NCBI RefSeq assembly: GCF_004010195.1 | Contig: NC_057724.1 | Location: 3,445,087-3,502,322 of the forward strand | Length of the DNA: 57,236 nucleotides | Direction of reading: 5' to 3' | Source: Chiloscyllium plagiosum | Lineage: Eukaryota | Part shown: positions 49,845 to 57,236 of the stretch, one piece after another | How the letters are laid out: every line of letters begins with the position of its first letter | How positions within the stretch are numbered: position 1 is the stretch's first letter | Position numbers and translations under genes: made by a program | Notes under the pieces: model-generated | What the model was told of the DNA's origin: nothing | The model's input: only the letters and a program-made list of their open reading frames with translations | Database searches by the model: none

Positions 49845-50172
49845 CTCTGTGGTTAGTACAGCTGCATCACAGTACCTGGGATCGATTCTAGCCTCAGGCA
49901 ACTGTGTATGGAGTTTGCACATTCTCCCCGTATCTTTGTGGGTTTCCTCCGGGTGCTCTGGTTTCCTCCCGCAATCCAAAGGTGTGCAGGTTAGGTGAAT
50001 TGGCCATGCTAAATTGCCCATAGTGTTCAGGGATGTGTAGGTTATGTGTTTAGTCAGGGGTAAATGTAGAGTAATGGGGAATGGGTTTGGGTGAGATACT
50101 GTTTGGAGGGTCGACGTGGACTTGTTGGACCAAAGGCCTGTTTCCACATTGTAGGGATTCTCTGATATCTAT
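49845..50172 (+). mobile_element. HE1-type SINE
   Basis: gtggttagtacagctgcatcacag...ggcctgtttccacattgtagggattct. Confidence 0.8.
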
Positions 50173-52029
50173 GAAGTGGCATACAGCATCTCATCCTTTG
50201 AGCCTGCTTCACAATTCAGTAAGAGCAGAACTGACCTTCCACCTCAACCTCACCTTCCTGCAGTATCACAGAATCTTTTAAAACCAAAAGCATAAGAAAA
50301 CATTGCTGAAGAAACTGAGGTGGTTACTGGACAGAAAACGGTTAATGTTTTGAGTCCTTTTGACTCGTCTTCAGAATTTTTTTTCCCTTTGTTTTATTTC
50401 AAATCTTCAGTATTCACAATTCTATTTTACTTTGCACAAGAAAGCACTAACTTTTTCAGATATATGATTTGTAAACAAATAAGAACTGACTACAAAAGAA
50501 CATGGATAGGTAAAAGAATGGGCAGACTTGTGACAAATGTAATTTAATGCAGAGTGTGAAACAAGACATATTATGAAGGAAGAGATAAGGGAGGGAAACA
50601 CGTCAGCCTAATGGCACAATTAAAGCGTGTGTGCAGAACAGAGGGACATAAGACTGTATGTGCAGGATATATGTATCAGTGAAGATGGTGGGACTTGAGT
50701 GTGAGATTAATATTGCATATTGGATCTCATCAAAAATAGAAGTGTTGAGTGCAACATCAAGGAATTTATGTAGAACCTTAATTACACCCTGGTTAAGTTG
50801 CACTGAGAGTATTGTGTTCATTATGGTCACAACACTCAAGGATGAGAGCATCCTCAAATACCTGCAGAGGAGAATAGCCAGAATGGCTCAACAGACAGGT
50901 GCAGGAGTGGGGTGGGGTGGTGCATTTTAGTTCCAGGGTCAGTTTGGAGAAGCTAAGTAAATTTCTTTGGAGCAGGGAAGTTTGAAGGAAGATTCATGCA
51001 GGGTTTTTTAAACTTTACTTAGATCAACTGTAACACTTCAACTTTTAGATTCTTTATCTCTTATCATAATAGTGGATTCTTTATTTCCAGTGCTACTTTC
51101 CAATGTCAATTTGAACATCACCCACTGTGAATGACGTCCCTCTGCCAGAAAGACACCCCCAGATCTACCCTGTGAATACTGACCTAAACCCGGGGGACCT
51201 CCCTGTGAATACTGACCCACTCCTGGAAAGCCTCTGCAAATGAAGAGCCTCTCGGATCCCTGATAATTCCAGAACAATCCCAAGGTCTCTTTGTAAAGCA
51301 GAGCTAGTCCTGGGAACACCCGGAAATACTGAATCCACTCCTCTGGGAGTACATTTAACTCCTAGAAAATCCCCTTGAAAATTAACACATTCTCATGGGA
51401 TCTCTTGTAACGACTAACACACTTAGGGACCCTCCCTTTTAAACATCAATATTACACACAGCCAAAACGTTCCTCCATCGATTGACACCTTGACTTGCTC
51501 ACTGCTGGACGGTTCCCTGACCTGACCCTCTTGTGCTGTTTTTGAGAGAAACTCACTTCAATTCTGGAATTTGATCTCTTGTTAAACATTAACCTTTATG
51601 GTTAGCAAAACATAAAAAAAAACACACCACTCATTACCCCCACTGAACACAAATGGAGGTGAATTCTTCCAGAGAAGACTGTAATGCCTGTAGCTGGCAT
51701 TTATTGTCTCACACTAGTGATGCACTGCTGTTCGCTTGCACTCTGGAACAGGCTGTTCAGATTCCTGCAAGAACGTGGTGAAGAGCTGACTGGGGTCCAC
51801 GGTAAAGTTGGCCCAACATGCTCTTGCGAGGCCACATCCACACACATCAATTCAATTCTTTAGGTTGGTTGAGGATATGGGAGTATTTTCAGCAACCAGG
51901 CTCAGTGGGCCATGAGGCCATGTTTCTCAACTTATGTATACTACTCCCTCCATCAGCACCACCTCCCCCAACCCAATCCTATCTCCCCTGGAATCTAAGC
52001 CCAAGTTTTAGCAGAGCCAAAATAGCAGA

Positions 52030-52620
52030 GAAACTGCTAGTTACAGAATTGTTATAGTGCAGGAGGCAGTTATTTGTTCCATCATGCCTGCATAGCTGTT
52101 CAAAAAAGCAGCATTACCTATTGCCAATCTGCTTTTTCCCCATACCCTTGCACATTATTTTTAATCCACATAATTATCCAATGCCCTCTTGAATGCCTCA
52201 ATTGAAACTGCCTCCACCACACTTCCAGGCAGTGCATTCCATGCCCCAACTACAGGCTGTGTGAAAAAAGTTGTTTCTCGCATCACATTTGCTTCTTCTG
52301 CAAATCATTTTATATCTATGCCCTGCAGTTCTTGTTCCTTTTACAAGCAAGAACAGATTTATCCTATCTACTCTATCCAGGCCACTCATTACTTTGAAGA
52401 GCTCCATCAAATCGCCTCGAAGCTGCCTTTCTCCAAAAAAAACAGTCCCAACATCTTCAATTTACCGTCATAACTGATGTTTCTTATTTTTGGAAACATT
52501 CTTGTAAATTATTTCTGCGCTCCCTCCAATACATTCATTCTTTCCTTAATGTGGCACCAAAACTGTGCCCGATACTCAAGGTAAGGTCTAGCAAGTGTCT
52601 TATGGAATCACTCTGGTACC
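52030..52620 (-). mobile_element. CR1-type LINE 3' fragment
   Basis: ELFKVMSGLDRVDRINLF; the FFTQ..V..WNALP region is frameshifted. Confidence 0.7.
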
Positions 52621-53029
52621 AAGTGAGGTTGGTGATTGAATTCAGTGTGACAATTTGCAACGTGCAGAATGATCATTGGAAAAGGAGGGAAAAAAAATAA
52701 ACAAAAGAAATTGAAATAAAGGAAGTGGACTCATGGAGTATCTCAATGTAGGTGAGATGACTCCATTGAGTTCATCTTTTCTTAAGCTTTTCTGAGTGTA
52801 AAACCATGAGTGTATGGAGAGGGTTCAGTAGAGATTTATAAGGATGCTGCTGGTATAGAATGTTCCAGTTAGAAGGAAAAGCTGAATAGGCTGGGACTTT
52901 TTTTTTACTGGAGCATTGTTGAGAGATGACCTTATAGAAGTTTATAAAATAATGAGGACTCATTGCTGTCTCCAGTCCCATTCCAAGAGCCCATGACAAG
53001 TATTGATCACTGCAGGCTTTACTGCTGTC

Positions 53030-53180
53030 ACCAACCCCGTTCCAGCTTGCTCCTCTCTCACCCTGCAGTCCCAGTTCAGTTCTGAAGAAGTCATACCAGA
53101 CTGGAAACGTTAACTCATACTCTCTCCACAGATGCTACCAAAATTGCTGAGTTCCTCCAACATTCTCTGTGTTTGTTTCA
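53030..53180 (+). mobile_element. Penelope-like terminus with variant hammerhead motif at 53078-53115
   Basis: AGUU-CUGAAGA-AGUC-AUACCA-GACU-G-GAAA-CGUU-AACU. Confidence 0.55.
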
Positions 53181-55790
53181 GGAACATGGGACTGGGATAT
53201 CATAGCAATTACAGAAACATGGCGCAGGGATACACAGGACTGGCAGCTTAATGTTCCAGAATACAAATGCTACAGGAAGGATACAAAGGGAGACAAGAGA
53301 GGAGGGGGAGTGGTGTTTTTGATAAGACATTATAGCTGTACTTAGGGAGGATATTCCAGAAATACATCCAGGAAAGTTACATGGGTGGAACTGAGAAATA
53401 AGAAAGCGATGATCACCTTTTTGGGGTTGTACTATAGACTATAGACTATAGACCCCCGAATAGTTAGCAGGAAATTGAGAAATAAATTTGTAAGGAGATT
53501 TCAGTTATCTGTAAGAATAACAGGATGTTGATGGTAGGGGATTCTAACTTTCTAAACATAGAGGGGGACTGTCATAGTGTTAAGGGCTCGAATGGAGAGG
53601 AATTTGTTAAGTGTGTACAAGAAAATTATTCTGAGTCAGTATGTGGATGTACCTACGAGAGAAGATGCAAAACTTGACCTACTCGTGGGAAATAACGCAG
53701 GGCAGGAAACTGAGGTGTCAGTGGGGGAGCACTTTGGGGCCAGCGACCATAATTCTATTCGTTTTAAAACAGTGATGGGAAAGGATAGACCAGATCTAAA
53801 AGTTGAAGTTCTAAATTGGAGAAAGGCCAATTTTGACAGTATTAGGCAAGAACTTTCAAAAGCTGATTGGGCACAGATGTTTGCAGGTAAAGGGATGGCT
53901 GGAAAATGGGAAGCCTTCAGAAATAGGATAACAAGAATCCAGAGAAAGTACATTCCTGTCAGGGTGAAAGGAGCCTGGTAGGTGTAGGGAATGCTGGATG
54001 ACTAAAGAAATTGAGGGTTTGGTGAAGAAAAGGAAGGAAGCATATGTCAGGTATAGATAGGATAGATCGAGTGAATCCTTAGAAGAGTATAAAAGCAGTA
54101 GGAGTACACCTAAGAGGGAAATCAGGAGGGCAAACCGGGGACATGAGATAGCTTTGGAAAATAGAGTTAAGGAGAATCCAAAGGGTTTTTAGAAATACAT
54201 TAAGAACAAAAGGGTAACTTGGGAGAGAATAGGACAGTTCAAAGATCAGCAAGACAGCCTTTGTGTGGAGCCGCAGGAGATGGGGGAGATATTAAACGAG
54301 TATCTTGCATCAGTGTTTACTATGGAAAAGGACATGGAAGGTATAGAATGTAGGGAAATAGATGGTGACATCTTAAAAACTGTCCATATTACAGAGGAGG
54401 AAGTGCTGGATGTCCTGAAATGCATAAAGGTGGATAAATCCCCAAGACCTGTGCCCTAGAATTCTGTGGGAAGCGAGGGAAGTGATTGCTGGGCACCTTG
54501 CTGAGATCATCAATAGTCAGGGGTGAGGTGCCGGAAGACTGGAGGTTGGCTAACATGGCACCAATATATTTAAGAAAGATGGTAAGGACAAGCCAGGGAA
54601 CTATAGACCAGTGAGCCTGACGTCGGTGGTCGACAAATTGCTGGAGGGAATCCTGAGGGACAGGATTTATACGTATTTGGAAAGGCAAGGATTGATTAGG
54701 GATGGTTAGCATGGCTATGTGCACGGGAAATCTTGTCTCATGAACTTGATTGAGTTATTTGTAGAACTAACAGAGGATTGATGAGGGAAGAGCGGTGGAC
54801 TGATCTATATGGACTTTGATAAGGCATTCGACAATGTTCCCCATGGGAGACTGGTTAGCAAGATTAGATCTCATGGAATACAAGGAAAACTAGCCATTTG
54901 GATACAGAATTGGCTCAAAAGTAGAAGGCAGAGGGTGATGGTGGAGGGTTGCTTTTCAGGTAGTGGAGGTCTGTGACCAGTGGAGTGCCACAAGGATCCG
55001 TGCTGAGTCCGCTACTTTGGTTGTGAACATAGGAGATAGAGTTAGTAAGTTAGAAGATAGAGTTAGAAAAAGGTTTCCTCAGATTACAACGGTATCTTGA
55101 TCAGATGGACCAATGGGCTAAGGAACGGCAGATGAATTAATTAATTCAGATAATTGCAATATTTGCATTTTGGCCAAGCAAATCTTAGCAGGACTTATAT
55201 ACACTTAATGGTAAGACTCTCTGGAGTGTTACTGAACAGAGACCTTGGAGTGCAGGTTCATAACTCTTTGAAAGTAGAGTTGCAGGTAGACAGGATAGTG
55301 AAGAAGACGTTTGGTATGCTGTCCTTTATTGGTCAGAGTATTGAGTATAGGAGTTGGGAGGTCATGTTACAGATGTACAGGACATTGGTTCGGCCACTTT
55401 TGGAATATTGCATGCAATATCAGAAGCATGTTGTGAAAATTGAAAAGGTTCAGAAAAGATTTACAAGGATGTTGCCAGGGTTGGAGGATTTGAGCTATAG
55501 GGAAAGGTTGAATAGGCTGAATCCAGAACTAGAGGGCATAGGTTTAGGGTGAGGGGGAAAGATATAAAAGAGACCTAAGGGGCAATTTTTTCACACAGAG
55601 GGTGGTGTGTGTATGGAATGAGCTGCCAGAGGTCGTGATGGAGGCTGGTACAATTGCAACATTTAAAAGGCATTTGGATGGGTATGGGCTGGGTGCTGGC
55701 AAGTGAGACTAGGTTAGGTTGGGATATCTGGTCAGCATGGATGAGTTGGACACAGGGGTCAGTTTCTGTGCTGTACATCTATATGACTCC
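53181..55790 (+). mobile_element. CR1-type LINE, near-complete ORF2 (APE + RT) to 3' end, decayed; in TIMM8A intron
   Basis: DIIAITETW, RGGGVVF, PTREDAKLDLL, SDHNSIRF, NYRPVSLTSVV, DFDKAFDNVPH, GVPQGSVL; CR1 tail. Confidence 0.88.
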
Positions 55791-55809
55791 ACCCTAGCTT
55801 CTACAGCAA

Positions 55810-56095
55810 GTGGCACGGTAGCTCAGTGGTTAGTACTGCTGCCTCACAGCTCCAGGGACCTGGGTCCGATTTCACCCTTAGGTGACTGCCTACATGGAGT
55901 TTACACATTCTCACAATGTCTGTGTGGGTTCCCTTCCGCAATCCACAAGATTTGCAGGTTGGGTGAACTAGCCATGGAAAATGTGGGGTTTCCTGTGACA
56001 GGGTAGGTAATGGATCGGACGCTCTTTGGAAGGGTCAGTGTGACTCAATGGGCCAAGTGACCTTCTTCCACATTGAAGGGAATCTTTGATTCTAT
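55810..56095 (+). mobile_element. HE1-type SINE (older)
   Basis: ggcacggtagctcagtggttagtactgctgcctcacagctccagggacctgggtccgatt. Confidence 0.75.
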
Positions 56096-56909
56096 AGTAT
56101 TTTGCTTTTATTCTAGTTTAAATATCATTAGTTTGAAAGTTTTCTGATATTCCCAGTTTCTCAGACAGGTGCACAAAAGTCACACATTCAAGTTCTGTCA
56201 AAAGCAAAGACACAAGGACTCATGAGAGCAACACCACTGCTGAAGGCCATGTACTGTACTAACGAAACTGAATTGAATGCACAGAGTTACAGGTATTCAT
56301 TGGGAGTGAAAAAGCCACAAAGGTCACACTTGTTGGGTGAAATTCTAGAAGTTAAATCAATGCTTTTTAAAAGAGGCAGGAGAAAGAATTGGAGAGGAAG
56401 TGAACAGCAGGTATCCCTGTGGAGATGGGACGAGGTTAACAGCCTGCACCTACTCGAGAAGTGTTCAAGGGGTGGGAATGGAGATCATGATGGAACAGCG
56501 TGAGGCAAGGGCTGGACAGCAGCTTCTCAATGTCCAAAGTTGCAGGGGCTGTGTTGTAACACATCCCACAAAGTACATCACAGAAAAAGGGTGAGGGGTA
56601 AAGATGAGGATCCAGTCACAAAGAGAGAATATCCAGACAGTTCACCGAAATATGTGCTTCAAGAGAATGCTAGTAGCTCATTTCTCAATGAGCCAAGGTT
56701 TGTGAAAGGCCACGCTCTGGGTCAGATCACTAGTTAGATACTAGTTATGTTAACTATGTAGTTAACCAGCTGGGCTGAGTGAGGTCACGCTGTATCAGAA
56801 CACTAGTTAAATACTAGTTATGTTAACTATGCGGCTGACCTGCTGGGTCCAGGCTCTGGGTCAGATCACTAGTTAAGTACTAGTTAATGTTAACCACGTT
56901 GAGACTTAC

Positions 56910-57026
56910 CCAGCAGAGCTCCGTGAGGCCATGTACCAGTTGCTGGAATTTCTGTTTCTGACTCTCCACTTCGATGAATTGCTGTAAATGTGGGTCAGCG
57001 GCGAGGGCCTGAGCCTGGGACTCCAT
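56910..57026 (-). CDS. TIMM8A: Tim8A exon 1; spliced protein 91 aa with twin CX3C (CWDKC...CFVNC)
   Basis: [39 protein letters not shown]|gtaagt; 117 nt. Confidence 0.95.
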
Positions 57027-57200
57027 GCCGCCGGAAGCGCCCGAGCCCGCGCCCGCTCCCGCTCCGGACTTGACCCTTCTCCTTGTTTCCGCGCCGACCT
57101 TCACCCAGCCCTGAGGCTGACCCCGGAACCGGAAACAAACACCTTTTCTCCCCCTGCCCTCTCACCCCAACGTGGCCGCCACCAGCAGAAACGTGCTGCA
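57027..57200 (-). promoter_or_regulatory. TIMM8A CpG-rich 5' UTR/promoter with ETS-type CCGGAA motifs
   Basis: GC-rich; ccggaag at 57031 and tandem ccggaaccggaaa at about 57123-57135. Confidence 0.55.
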
Positions 57201-57236
57201 ACCACCCCCTTCCCCCAACCCACTGTCACGCTGTTC

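Noticed and set aside
50335-50376. Hammerhead-like motif on - strand (also 6196, 9031, 16911, 26325, 26511, 41344)
   Set aside because: Core nucleotides are mutated or deleted (e.g. GAAA>AAAA). Counted as relics, not functional ribozymes.

Overview
Eukaryotic genomic DNA from a cartilaginous fish. HE1-type SINEs and CR1, Penelope and L1 content point to a shark; a bamboo or epaulette shark is an inference. The window holds three genes. (1) The 5' part of an intron-containing TAF7/TAF7L gene on the - strand: 5 coding exons at 22006->7672, with the rest apparently beyond the left edge. (2) A complete NIPA2-like Mg2+ transporter gene on the + strand: 5 coding exons at 24766-46831, 355 aa, head-to-head with TAF7 across a CpG-rich promoter. 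(3) A complete TIMM8A gene on the - strand: 2 exons, 91 aa, twin CX3C, tail-to-tail with the NIPA gene. The introns are mostly decayed retroelements, including a 5'-intact L1. The most notable hidden signal is more than a dozen minimal type-I hammerhead-ribozyme motifs (CUGANGA-stem II-GAAA-palindrome-UH) in Penelope terminal repeats and in tiny fold-back Penelope derivatives. Their stems I and II covary across several subfamilies. There are three assembly gaps, and no prokaryotic, CRISPR, rRNA or tRNA genes. Repeat boundaries were set by eye and are approximate.
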